From contig OY761611.1 in NCBI GenBank assembly GCA_963664875.1, positions 800,001 to 864,000 of the forward strand: a DNA stretch of 64,000 nt, given 5' to 3'. The translations under genes and the position numbers were made by a program. This DNA is from Candidatus Kapaibacterium sp. Its GTDB lineage: Bacteria; Bacteroidota; Ignavibacteria; Kapaibacteriales; UBA2268. Shown here one piece after another: positions 9,564 through 18,767 of this stretch. Under the pieces are notes generated by a model that did no database searches, was not told the DNA's origin, and saw nothing but the letters and a program-made list of their open reading frames with translations. Every line of letters begins with the position of its first letter. Position 1 is the stretch's first letter.

Positions 9564-12151
9564 AACGGGAAACCCCAGCTAAAATAGAAAGAGTTCACCT
9601 CCCCACCTAAGCTGTAATAAAACGACAGGACGTTCTCGTCATCTACAAAAGTGAAAAATGCACCAATACCATAGGCATCATAATAGTCCGAGGCTAAGCT
9701 GTCAAAATAGTATCTTCCACGGTCATAAAATGCAGTAACACCCAAGTTTCCGGGAACTATGAGTCTATATCTCAAAAGCTGCACTCTGGATTCTACATTG
9801 ACTCCAATTGCAGTATTGGAAGCAAATCTGTATTTATAATATCCACGGATAGAATTGAGGCCACCAAGAAAAGCTGCGTCAAAAAAAGGATAAGATCCAA
9901 TGTTGTGCGAACCGTATAATTTAATAGCAAATGTCTCTTTTTTGTGAAATTTTGTAGTATAAAAGGCTCTGAAGTCAAAAGCAAAATTGCCGTAATCGTA
10001 TTCATTATCGAGCAACTTACTTGTGTATCTGTCTTCAACTTTGGCATAAATGCCGGACTCGGGATATAAAGTATTATTGCGGTAATCAGCTTCAATACCA
10101 ACAACACCATCTAAAAGCCAGAGGTTTTTGCTACCGTAGATTTTGTTATCTGTTACATAAGTTTGAGAAACAGTATCCAAATCTGAAAACCTCAGATTTA
10201 CGCCGGCGTAAATCCTGACATTGTCGCTAAATTGCTCGATGAGTTTCAGATTCGAAAAAAACATAGTTTGATCTATCTTATAATAATTTTTTTCAAAATC
10301 ATCTATTGATTCTGACTGATTTGCATAGCCATAGAAATGAGATTGGTCTAATTCTGAGATATAGCTTCGAAATTCCAAATCTAATCCTAAAACACTACCG
10401 GGCAGAGACAAGCTATATTCTGCTTTGGCTCCATTTAGACCGAAAGAATAACCGGCAAAGAGATGTTGTCTGATTTGATATGGTTTTTTACCTAAATCAA
10501 ATTTATACAAAATAGGTCCGCCCCCCAAAAACAATCCATCATCGGAATTGAAGTCGAACCAAACTCCCTTTTTCCAATCATGCCCCCAATCTCTAACAGG
10601 TGGTTCGAAAAACTCTTCAGGATTATCAGATGTTTCAAGTTTTTTGTCTTTATATACCGATATGCCGGAGAGTTCTGTATCAGTTCTTTTCCCTTCATCC
10701 CAAAATTCAACAAGCTTTGAAGTATAACTAATCCCTAAAAAGTCATGTCGAATGTTTGAGATATCCTTGTAAGTATCCTTACCTTTCCCACCTAATATTC
10801 TGAACTTAATATTTGCACGACCTGTACCGTTAACAATGCACTTGTCATCGCCATCGAATAAAAATATCCTAACATCTTTTGTTTCCCTATCATTAAAGGA
10901 ACGATCAATAAAAGGTGTAGGATTGTCACTTTTTTCAAAATCTTTTGTTTTATATATCTTTACATTGACTATCGAATCATTAAGAAAATAGATAATACAC
11001 TTCTCTGATTTGTCAGAGCACCACAACTCAGGATATTTTGCTATTTCAAGGTAATATTCATTTGAAGCTGCAATAAGACTATCTCTTCGATGTTGCATAA
11101 TACCCAGCAACTCCTGCGATGATTGCTCAAACATTTGAGTCGGTAAAATAGAAAGAGATTCATGAAATACTGAATCTGTCAATCTACTATAAACAAATGC
11201 TGAAACTGAATCCCAGATATTTTTATCAATATTTGTCAAAAACTTTCTGTCTAAATATCTACCCGACCAGGTCAAATCAGACATTTTCGGATATAATTCG
11301 TCGCATGATTCGATTTGTGGTACAATTTCTCTGATACCAAAACCCACCAAACCATCGTATCTGCAAAACGCCTGATCTCTGTCGCGGGGAATAGGTTTTA
11401 TAAAGTTCTTTTTACCGCTTTTGTATAATGCCCATCTCCATTGATCAGTGTGTCTATCCCAATCACCCAGAAAAATATCTATTAGTCTGGCTTTCAAAAA
11501 CTCAATGTCATCAACTTGATTGTCATTATCTTCCATCAATTTTTCGAAAAGCTTATAAGTTCCAAATATTTTGTCAGCATCTCCAAATGATTCGATATTG
11601 GCTTGTTGCAAATCATCCGGGTGCAATTCGAGTGTGCCGAGCAGTCCCTGGAACTCTTCGTAGTATTCACCGAGAGCAATTGAATCGTCGGGCATTACAA
11701 AAACATAAGGCTTAGCTTGCAAAATATCAACTGCATTCACAATAGGAGTAGCCATTTTCGCAGATAATGGATGGGAAGCACTGAACATATCTTTTGTCAG
11801 AACTTCGATAATAGTGTTTAGTAATTCCTTGTCTAATATTTTATCTGTAAATTTTTCTATCGATCGAAATTTATAAACTTTTCCGTCATTGCCCTGCAAT
11901 CTTAAGGATTTTGTTTGCTGACCTCCCCCACGGACAATAGGAGTAAGTCCTCCCGCAAATGAGTTCAAATCCAGAATAGGAACTTTGATTTCAGTTGCCC
12001 ACGCTGAACGCCATGTGTCTCCAAAAACAAATCTATGATGAGCAGGTTTGTCAAAAATTTTACCGGGGACAACCGCTACACTATCTGTTTGAGCCTTAGC
12101 TGTAACACAAATGCAAAAAAGTATCAATAAGATTGTGTTTGTGTATTTCAT
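9560..12151 (-). CDS. Omp85 (BamA/TamA-like) barrel protein with N-terminal atypical kinase-like domain
   Basis: Signal peptide; GGGQQTKSLRL...YKFRS, DWDRHTDQW and PIPRDRDQAF motifs; Omp85 loop-6 LGG..SIRGY..YRF; C-terminal Phe. Confidence 0.8.
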   Translation of the reverse strand: MKYTNTILLILFCICVTAKAQTDSVAVVPGKIFDKPAHHRFVFGDTWRSAWATEIKVPILDLNSFAGGLTPIVRGGGQQTKSLRLQGNDGKVYKFRSIEKFTDKILDKELLNTIIEVLTKDMFSASHPLSAKMATPIVNAVDILQAKPYVFVMPDDSIALGEYYEEFQGLLGTLELHPDDLQQANIESFGDADKIFGTYKLFEKLMEDNDNQVDDIEFLKARLIDIFLGDWDRHTDQWRWALYKSGKKNFIKPIPRDRDQAFCRYDGLVGFGIREIVPQIESCDELYPKMSDLTWSGRYLDRKFLTNIDKNIWDSVSAFVYSRLTDSVFHESLSILPTQMFEQSSQELLGIMQHRRDSLIAASNEYYLEIAKYPELWCSDKSEKCIIYFLNDSIVNVKIYKTKDFEKSDNPTPFIDRSFNDRETKDVRIFLFDGDDKCIVNGTGRANIKFRILGGKGKDTYKDISNIRHDFLGISYTSKLVEFWDEGKRTDTELSGISVYKDKKLETSDNPEEFFEPPVRDWGHDWKKGVWFDFNSDDGLFLGGGPILYKFDLGKKPYQIRQHLFAGYSFGLNGAKAEYSLSLPGSVLGLDLEFRSYISELDQSHFYGYANQSESIDDFEKNYYKIDQTMFFSNLKLIEQFSDNVRIYAGVNLRFSDLDTVSQTYVTDNKIYGSKNLWLLDGVVGIEADYRNNTLYPESGIYAKVEDRYTSKLLDNEYDYGNFAFDFRAFYTTKFHKKETFAIKLYGSHNIGSYPFFDAAFLGGLNSIRGYYKYRFASNTAIGVNVESRVQLLRYRLIVPGNLGVTAFYDRGRYYFDSLASDYYDAYGIGAFFTFVDDENVLSFYYSLGGEVNSFYFSWGFPF

Positions 12152-12153
12152 GC

Positions 12154-12552
12154 TTATTTATTCTCAATATTGCTATTTATTGAAAAGATAGAGTTTAGGA
12201 TGCATTTGCGAACAACGATTGTAACTAATAAGTGCAAAAAAGCAATGGGTGTAACTACAAGAGATATAACTCTGTGCATATCTGCCGGCATTAGATAAAT
12301 GCTAATCGGCACAGTCATTGCAATCAACCCTCCTACTACATTCTTTCTTCCAAACACTAAACCCCAAGCTAAAGCAATAGTACCAAACAGTGATATTTGT
12401 AAAAGCAATATCCTGTGGTATGCATCATTCAAGCCTACTGCCGGTAAAGAAAAGACAAAAAGAATAATCAAAGCTAAAGAGGCAATTATTCTCGACTGTA
12501 AATCATTATGATCTAAGCCTACATTTCGCTCTTTCGGAATAAATCTATTCAT
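12154..12552 (-). CDS. Small membrane protein, DUF2892/YgaP-like
   Basis: RNVG...SRI N-terminus, KCILNSIFSINS C-terminus, about 4 TMs. ATG 12552 has a GGAG SD and overlaps the upstream stop. Confidence 0.55.
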   Translation of the reverse strand: MNRFIPKERNVGLDHNDLQSRIIASLALIILFVFSLPAVGLNDAYHRILLLQISLFGTIALAWGLVFGRKNVVGGLIAMTVPISIYLMPADMHRVISLVVTPIAFLHLLVTIVVRKCILNSIFSINSNIENK

Positions 12553-13516
12553 CGCTGCCCTCTCCGAAAGATAATTTGTTTTTAGAGCTCCTAATTCTTT
12601 GGAATTTCCATAACAAAATGGTATCAGATTTATCTTCAAGTTGCTTATAAAGTATCATATCTCCTTCTTTTTCGATTTCTTTGAACAAAACGATACTTTT
12701 ATATATGTTTTCGTAGCTATTTAACTTTTCGACACTATAAAATTCCCAATTATCGAGATATTTATCAAATTGCTTAGTAATGGAAGGTAAAAACTCCATA
12801 TCTCGAGATATGATTATCAAGGCACTTTTGAACTTTTTCCCAATATTATCTCTGTCTATGTTTAATCCCGCCATTTTAAGTGTAGTATTTATTTCTGCTT
12901 TTTCGTTTTCAGAGACGCCTTTTTTACTTGAAGTTACGACATCACCTACTTTCCATTTCCAAAGAAGCAGGTATATCATATTGATAAAGAGAGACATAAC
13001 TATTGCAATATGAGGAATATTCAGACCGTTGGAGACACCTATGGCAATAGAAAGAAAAATGTATGTTGCATCTTGAATATCTTTTACCGCAACGCGATAA
13101 CGAACCGCTGACAGTATAGCGACAAGTCCGAATGCACGAGCTAAACTATCCTGAACAACCATCATTACTCCGGTCACAATCACGGCAAGGAGAATAATCG
13201 CCTGCACATTTGATTCGTCAAATCCTTTCTCAGCTTTTGTTATTACATATACCCATGCAACAGGCAATACGTAAGTAAAAGTAGCTATCAAAGCAAGCAC
13301 AGTAACTATCACTTGATCAGTATGCGTCTTGATATTCATTCCTTTCATTACCAATTCGTAAAATTTTTCGAACTGACTAACCTGAAAAGAATCATAGTAT
13401 TCTATAGCCATTTGTCTGAAAATCAGTATCCCAATAGCTATCAGAATATAATAAGCTATCAACTTTGTTACGGACGATTCTCTGATTTTGCCCAACTGTT
13501 CTGATATTTTGAACAT
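12545..13516 (-). CDS. DUF4956 family membrane protein
   Basis: SLARAFGLVAILSAVRYR...KDIQDATYIFLSIAIG signature. Confidence 0.8.
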   Translation of the reverse strand: MFKISEQLGKIRESSVTKLIAYYILIAIGILIFRQMAIEYYDSFQVSQFEKFYELVMKGMNIKTHTDQVIVTVLALIATFTYVLPVAWVYVITKAEKGFDESNVQAIILLAVIVTGVMMVVQDSLARAFGLVAILSAVRYRVAVKDIQDATYIFLSIAIGVSNGLNIPHIAIVMSLFINMIYLLLWKWKVGDVVTSSKKGVSENEKAEINTTLKMAGLNIDRDNIGKKFKSALIIISRDMEFLPSITKQFDKYLDNWEFYSVEKLNSYENIYKSIVLFKEIEKEGDMILYKQLEDKSDTILLWKFQRIRSSKNKLSFGEGSDE

Positions 13517-13860
13517 TTTGCACTCTTAGTATATTTTAATTATTATGTTGTTTTTCATGTATATTGCTTTTATATTATTTATTTATAAACTACTTTATAG
13601 TAGTATAGCTTGAAATCTTGATTATAATAGGAGATTTAGCTCTTATTTAAATACCAATAAATTGTTTGAATTTCGGAGATTTTAATCATTTCTACATTTT
13701 TAAATTATCCGAACGACTGTTAGAATATATTTACACAAATATATAAAAAGACTTCTTTTTATATAGCACTTTTTTTTTTAATTTGTTTTTAGGATATGCT
13801 AAACAATTTACCTGTTAGGATAGTAATATCAGTATATATTACAAAATAGTATCAATCTTA

Positions 13861-14190
13861 TTGGCAATCAGTATATCACTGGTCTTCATTAACTTTTCTG
13901 TCAATGGTCACTACCATCGCACAGCTGAAGGGCAGCTGATTTTTCACTCGCACTTTTCCGATCAGGATACGGGAAATCATAATCCAATTGGAAATCATAA
14001 TCACACTCAAGAAGAGCTTCTGAGGTTTGATAAATTGACTCACCCTAACTTCCTTTTAGCTGTCATATTTCTTATCCTTTCAATCTTGACTCCTATAGTT
14101 AGATTTTATACGCATAAGATTATCAATATCTACAAATCTCCTGATTTTTATCTGTATTTCCATCTTCGGGCACCTCCTACTGCTTGTTAA
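13861..14190 (+). CDS. His-rich upstream ORF with C-terminal RAPP motif (putative metal-sensing leader/arrest peptide); start uncertain
   Basis: HYH...HSH...H...HNH cluster, hydrophobic segments, ends LRAPPTAC; 121 nt upstream of a TBDR. Confidence 0.7.
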   Translation: MAISISLVFINFSVNGHYHRTAEGQLIFHSHFSDQDTGNHNPIGNHNHTQEELLRFDKLTHPNFLLAVIFLILSILTPIVRFYTHKIINIYKSPDFYLYFHLRAPPTAC

Positions 14191-14311
14191 GCGCTTCATT
14201 CTAATATCTATTCCAACAATTTGAATTTAACATTTGGAGATGGTAATGACTTATTATCGACTCCTTATCTAATATTTGATTTTTATTATTCGTAATATAA
14301 AAGGATAAACT

Positions 14312-16705
14312 ATGTATATACGTAGCTTGGTAACTATCGTATGTTTAATGTTTGTATTTACGTCTGCATCTTTTGCAGCAAAAAACACAAAAAACAATAC
14401 TTCTGCAGCAGCTGTTTCGGCAGAGCTAAGAAACAAACTATACCGCATTCATGGTACTGTCTTAACTGAAGACGGCAAACCTGCAATCGGTGCTACTGTG
14501 ATTATCAAAAATACAACACTTGGATGCAAAGTTGATACTAAGGGGGAATTTTATCTGAAGAATGTCCCGTATGGAGTGCACACTCTGCAAATTACTTCTG
14601 TAGGCAAAGAAGCATTGGAACAGGAAGTTGTAGTAAACGATGCTCTTGCTGACGAAGTACATGCAAGTTTTACTATGAAAGAAACAGCTGTTCGTACAGG
14701 TAGTGTAGTAGTAACCGCTACAAGAACTGATAAAATTTATCAGGATGTCCCGGTCAAAGTTTCTGTTTTAGAGTCTCAGGTATTCGAAAACACACAATCG
14801 TCAAATATATTTGATGGTGTCAAATTTCAACCCGGCTTACGTGTTGAAAATATGTGTCAAAACTGTGGTTTTGCCGAAATTAAATTAAATGGTCTGCAAG
14901 GAAGATACTCACAGATTCTCATTGACAGTCGCCCAGTTTTTTCTGCTTTAAATGGTGTATATGGTTTAGAGCAAATACCTGCCAACATGATAGAAAGAGT
15001 TGAAGTTGTAAGAGGTGGTGGCTCTGCTCTTTACGGTGGCTCTGCTGTGGGAGGTGTTGTCAATATTATAACAAAAGACCCGGTAGAAAACACTATGAGT
15101 GCTATGATTACTCAGTCTTTTACAGATTTGAAAGTACCCGATTTTGTTGCACAAATGAATGCATCTGTGATAAACGCAAATCAGGATTTAGGTTTGTTTG
15201 TTTTTGGTCTTTATCGAGACAGAAAACATTGGGATGCAAATGGAGATAATTTCTCAGAGATTTGCGACCTGACTATGAACACGTTTGGCAGCCGTTTGTT
15301 TTATAAGCCTGATCATTTGAGCAAACTCTCTTTAGAATTTCATGCTATTAAAGACGACAGACGTGGTGGTGACAGATTCGATTTGCCACCTCATAGATCA
15401 AACATCACCGAAAGTGCGAGACACAATACTATATCAGGTGGCATTACCTATGACAAGTTTTTTGCAGGTACTTCTAACAAGGTGTCTTTATATACTTCAT
15501 TCCAGCAGACTACAAGAAATACATTTTATGGTGCAAAAGAAGAGATGGATTCAGACGAATTTGTAGATGCATACGGTTCCACAGAAAATGTAACTTATGT
15601 TACCGGAGTTCAATATACTCATACACTAATGCTTGCAGGAAGCCATGTATGGACAGTTGGATATGAATTGACTTATGATGATATCTTGGACAAAGCCCCT
15701 GCTTACGACAGGACTATCGACCAATTTGCAAGAGATCACGGTATTTATATTCAAGACGATTGGGCTATTACAGATGATTTTTCTTTCTTGTTTGGTTCAA
15801 GGTTCGATAAGCATAGTTTTATAGATGATATGGTGATAAGCCCAAGAGCTAATATCATGTACAAGTTGATGCAAGACATGAATTTGAGAGCTACATTTTC
15901 CACAGGCTTTCGCTCACCACAGACTTTCGACGAAGATTTACACATCACACAAGTTTCAGGCGAGGCACTAATTCACCTAAATTCTCCGGATTTGAAACCT
16001 GAATACTCTATGAGCTTCGGTACGTCTTTGGATTATACCTTTGAACTTGCTTCTATCCCAACATCAGTTTCGGTCGAGTATTTTAGAACACATCTCGATG
16101 ATGTTTTTGTCAATGTAGCACTGGAAGAAGAAAGCGATCAAGGCTTCATCATAGAAGAAAAACGTAATGGTGGAGGTGCAGTTGTCCAAGGTGCTACATT
16201 TGAGCTCCAGATGCAATTTGACGATGAGATGGATTTTAAAACCGGTTTTACTTTCCAGTCAAGTCAATACGATGATTTCGAAGAATGGAATGAAAATGAA
16301 GTGCTTGAAGGTCAATCTAATAAGACTAAAGATATGATGCGCTCTCCTGACTGGTATGGTTATTTCTCATATAACTGGTCACCTATTCACGAGATTGAGT
16401 TGAATCTATCAGGAATATTGACAGGACCAATGATCATACCTCACTACGCAGGCGGAATTGATGCAGACGGTTTTTTAAACAAGTACGATCAGTTGGAAAA
16501 ATCAAAAGAATTTTTTGAATTAAATGCTCAATTGTCTTTTGAAATTAGCCATGAAAATAACGCGAAAGTGTTTGTAGGTGTACAGAACATACTAAACAGT
16601 TTTCAAGATGATTTTGACAAAGGCTTGGGTAGAGATGCGGGATACATTTACGGACCTACAAGACCAATCACTGTATTTTGCGGTATCAAGACAAGCATTC
16701 AATAA
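14312..16705 (+). CDS. TonB-dependent receptor with carboxypeptidase-like N-domain and CQNC plug motif
   Basis: VVVTATRT TonB-box region, IERVEVVRGGGSALYG...GGVVNIITK plug signature, barrel. Confidence 0.95.
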   Translation: MYIRSLVTIVCLMFVFTSASFAAKNTKNNTSAAAVSAELRNKLYRIHGTVLTEDGKPAIGATVIIKNTTLGCKVDTKGEFYLKNVPYGVHTLQITSVGKEALEQEVVVNDALADEVHASFTMKETAVRTGSVVVTATRTDKIYQDVPVKVSVLESQVFENTQSSNIFDGVKFQPGLRVENMCQNCGFAEIKLNGLQGRYSQILIDSRPVFSALNGVYGLEQIPANMIERVEVVRGGGSALYGGSAVGGVVNIITKDPVENTMSAMITQSFTDLKVPDFVAQMNASVINANQDLGLFVFGLYRDRKHWDANGDNFSEICDLTMNTFGSRLFYKPDHLSKLSLEFHAIKDDRRGGDRFDLPPHRSNITESARHNTISGGITYDKFFAGTSNKVSLYTSFQQTTRNTFYGAKEEMDSDEFVDAYGSTENVTYVTGVQYTHTLMLAGSHVWTVGYELTYDDILDKAPAYDRTIDQFARDHGIYIQDDWAITDDFSFLFGSRFDKHSFIDDMVISPRANIMYKLMQDMNLRATFSTGFRSPQTFDEDLHITQVSGEALIHLNSPDLKPEYSMSFGTSLDYTFELASIPTSVSVEYFRTHLDDVFVNVALEEESDQGFIIEEKRNGGGAVVQGATFELQMQFDDEMDFKTGFTFQSSQYDDFEEWNENEVLEGQSNKTKDMMRSPDWYGYFSYNWSPIHEIELNLSGILTGPMIIPHYAGGIDADGFLNKYDQLEKSKEFFELNAQLSFEISHENNAKVFVGVQNILNSFQDDFDKGLGRDAGYIYGPTRPITVFCGIKTSIQ

Positions 16706-16751
16706 AAAAGCCGCTACACACTATAACTTATAAAGTTAGATTTTGAACAAG

Positions 16752-16788
16752 AAGCAGGAGCATTGAATAGTAGTGTTCCTGCTTTTTT
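16752..16788 (+). terminator. Intrinsic terminator after TBDR
   Basis: AAGCAGGAGCA/TGTTCCTGCTT stem plus T-run. Confidence 0.8.
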
Positions 16789-16955
16789 ATATTCTAGAAA
16801 ATGTAGGTCCTTGATTTGGCTTAAAAATCGTAGATTTATTGCATATGTATATATTATTATAACACACTGTCGCATTTTTGACGCGCAAGAGGCTGTCTCA
16901 GAAGTCAAAATGTGAATTATATTCTTGGTATTTGCAAGTTTTACCGACAGCTACA

Positions 16956-17036
16956 CTTCGACTCGCTGTGCTCGCTCAGTGACCTTATGCGGTTACACTT
17001 GTCTAACTCATTGCAACCGCCTGCTTTAGCTGGCGG
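16956..17036. repeat. REP-like / IS200-IS605-end-like GC-rich elements
   Basis: CTTCGACTCGCTGTGCTCGCTCAGTGAC and imperfect hairpin CCGCCTGCTTTAGCTGGCGG in AT-rich intergenic DNA. Confidence 0.45.
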
Positions 17037-17212
17037 CAAGAACAAGTTGGAATTTTTATATATCACAATATTTACAGATTTAAAATGTAAAAAGAGTACT
17101 TACAAGACTGCCCATTCAAACATTGAATATACACGTCATATATTCTACTTAGTCAATAAATTAAGTTACAAGAATTTTGAAGTTTCTATAGATGAATGGA
17201 GATTGAACACCA

Positions 17213-17259
17213 AAAAAAGGCAGCAGTTATAGTTTTATACTATGAACTGCTACCTTTTT
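17213..17259 (-). terminator. Intrinsic terminator for the 17287-18471 gene
   Basis: AAAAAAAGGCAGCAGTT...AACTGCTACCTTTTT inverted repeat. Confidence 0.7.
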
Positions 17260-17286
17260 GAGTGAGAGGTTATTAAGGCAAAAATT

Positions 17287-18471
17287 TTATGCTTTAGAAG
17301 ATGCTACTTCTCTGACACATTCAACGCTTCCAAGCTGTTTAATGCCTGAGCACGAAGTCTGTCTTCTGAGCAAGGTAAAATAAAGGGCTACTGAGCCGAG
17401 CATAGTCGAAATCAATACTGTCATCATGATAGGGTTAGGAGCAAATGCTTTATAGAAGAAACTTCCCAATACTGCATAAGCAACGAACGGACACACTAGC
17501 CCCCACTGACTTACATAGAACTCTTTTTTAAAGAAATGATTTTTGAAATAGTCCTTCAATAGTGCTAATCCAAACATCATGTACCAAGTTGAAAATGCAA
17601 ATGCTATAACAATTATTGCATTTGAGAATAAATGCATATCCGCACCATGCTGATGGCTGATATAATGACCTAATCTAAAACCGCTAATAGCAAATAGAGT
17701 GATATTTGGCAATACAATCAAAAGACTTGGCAAAAGCTGTTTAGCAGGCATTCCGTCAGCTGCAAGGTGGCTCTTAAACACAGAAACCATTTTCACTAAC
17801 AACAGAAATAATCCCATACCTCCTGACATCAAAGAAGCAAATGCTGCTACGTGGGCAACATTAGGATCTTTTGCCATTGCTGCGATACCTGTACCGGTAA
17901 CTGTAACCATACCCAAAGCAAACGGACGTAATAGCCATCCGAAAGATATTTTGTTTACATCGAAGCTCTGTTCAAAAGATATTTTAAGTAGCTTTATTTC
18001 CATTCTCATTGTCAAAGCCCAAATCCCCAACCAAACAATCAAAGCCGGAAGCATAAACAGCTGTAGATTCGCTGAAAAGGCAGGTATAAAAAATCTGATT
18101 GGACCTATAAAAACATTCATAGTCATTGCTGTCGCAACAAATGGAGCCATAATAGCAGAGTTTCTAATTGGGTCTTTGATAAATGATGAATACGAATCCG
18201 ATTTCATATATTTGAATAGTTTGCTATAAAGATTACCCATAAGGAAAAAATGGATAATTGCAAAAACTATCATAATTATTTCCATACTGTAAAAGAGAAT
18301 CTCTGTGCCTAAAGGATTTGTACCATGAGCCAAACCACTTAGAGTAACTAAACCTTTACCCTGATGAAATGTGTATTGCAAAAATGCGAATGGCATTACT
18401 GCTATACCACCGGCTCCTAAAGCAGCAAGAAAAACTAAAGGCGAGAAACTGTTTGTTTTGTTGTCCATCAT
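17287..18471 (-). CDS. Multi-pass (about 10 TM) membrane protein resembling TsoY-family/TDT-fold transporters; Cys (not Sec) form
   Basis: SPLVFLAALGAGG N-terminus and QWGLVCPFVA motif (TGT codon). Confidence 0.55.
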   Translation of the reverse strand: MMDNKTNSFSPLVFLAALGAGGIAVMPFAFLQYTFHQGKGLVTLSGLAHGTNPLGTEILFYSMEIIMIVFAIIHFFLMGNLYSKLFKYMKSDSYSSFIKDPIRNSAIMAPFVATAMTMNVFIGPIRFFIPAFSANLQLFMLPALIVWLGIWALTMRMEIKLLKISFEQSFDVNKISFGWLLRPFALGMVTVTGTGIAAMAKDPNVAHVAAFASLMSGGMGLFLLLVKMVSVFKSHLAADGMPAKQLLPSLLIVLPNITLFAISGFRLGHYISHQHGADMHLFSNAIIVIAFAFSTWYMMFGLALLKDYFKNHFFKKEFYVSQWGLVCPFVAYAVLGSFFYKAFAPNPIMMTVLISTMLGSVALYFTLLRRQTSCSGIKQLGSVECVREVASSKA

Positions 18472-18534
18472 CTAAATCTCCAAAATTTTTAAACAGATAT
18501 ATTTCTTATTAGCAATATACGAAATGTTTTTATC

Positions 18535-18556
18535 TATATTGCTATTTAGCAATATA
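18535..18556. promoter_or_regulatory. Perfect 10-2-10 palindrome TATATTGCTA-TT-TAGCAATATA (putative operator; second copy 18498-18519)
   Basis: Seen directly; imperfect copies lie upstream of several redox genes. Confidence 0.65.
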
Positions 18557-18767
18557 ATATTTTGGAGCATTAGATATGTGCAGATTTTTAGATTATCTTT
18601 TATTTACAATAATCTTTATTCCTTTCGGTTTATCAGGGGTCTCAGGTCAATTTGCATTTGAAAGTTGATTATTTTCATATAATATTATTTTTTTTAAATC
18701 TATAAAAAAAAGAGAACCGGGGTAAGTCGATTCTCTTTGTCATATCTTATATCTATTTTTTTATTGG

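Noticed and set aside
16912-17232. 106-aa ORF
   Set aside because: No recognisable motif or SD; it crosses REP-like elements and a terminator.
17287-18471. Selenoprotein
   Set aside because: The candidate residue is a TGT Cys and there is no in-frame TGA.
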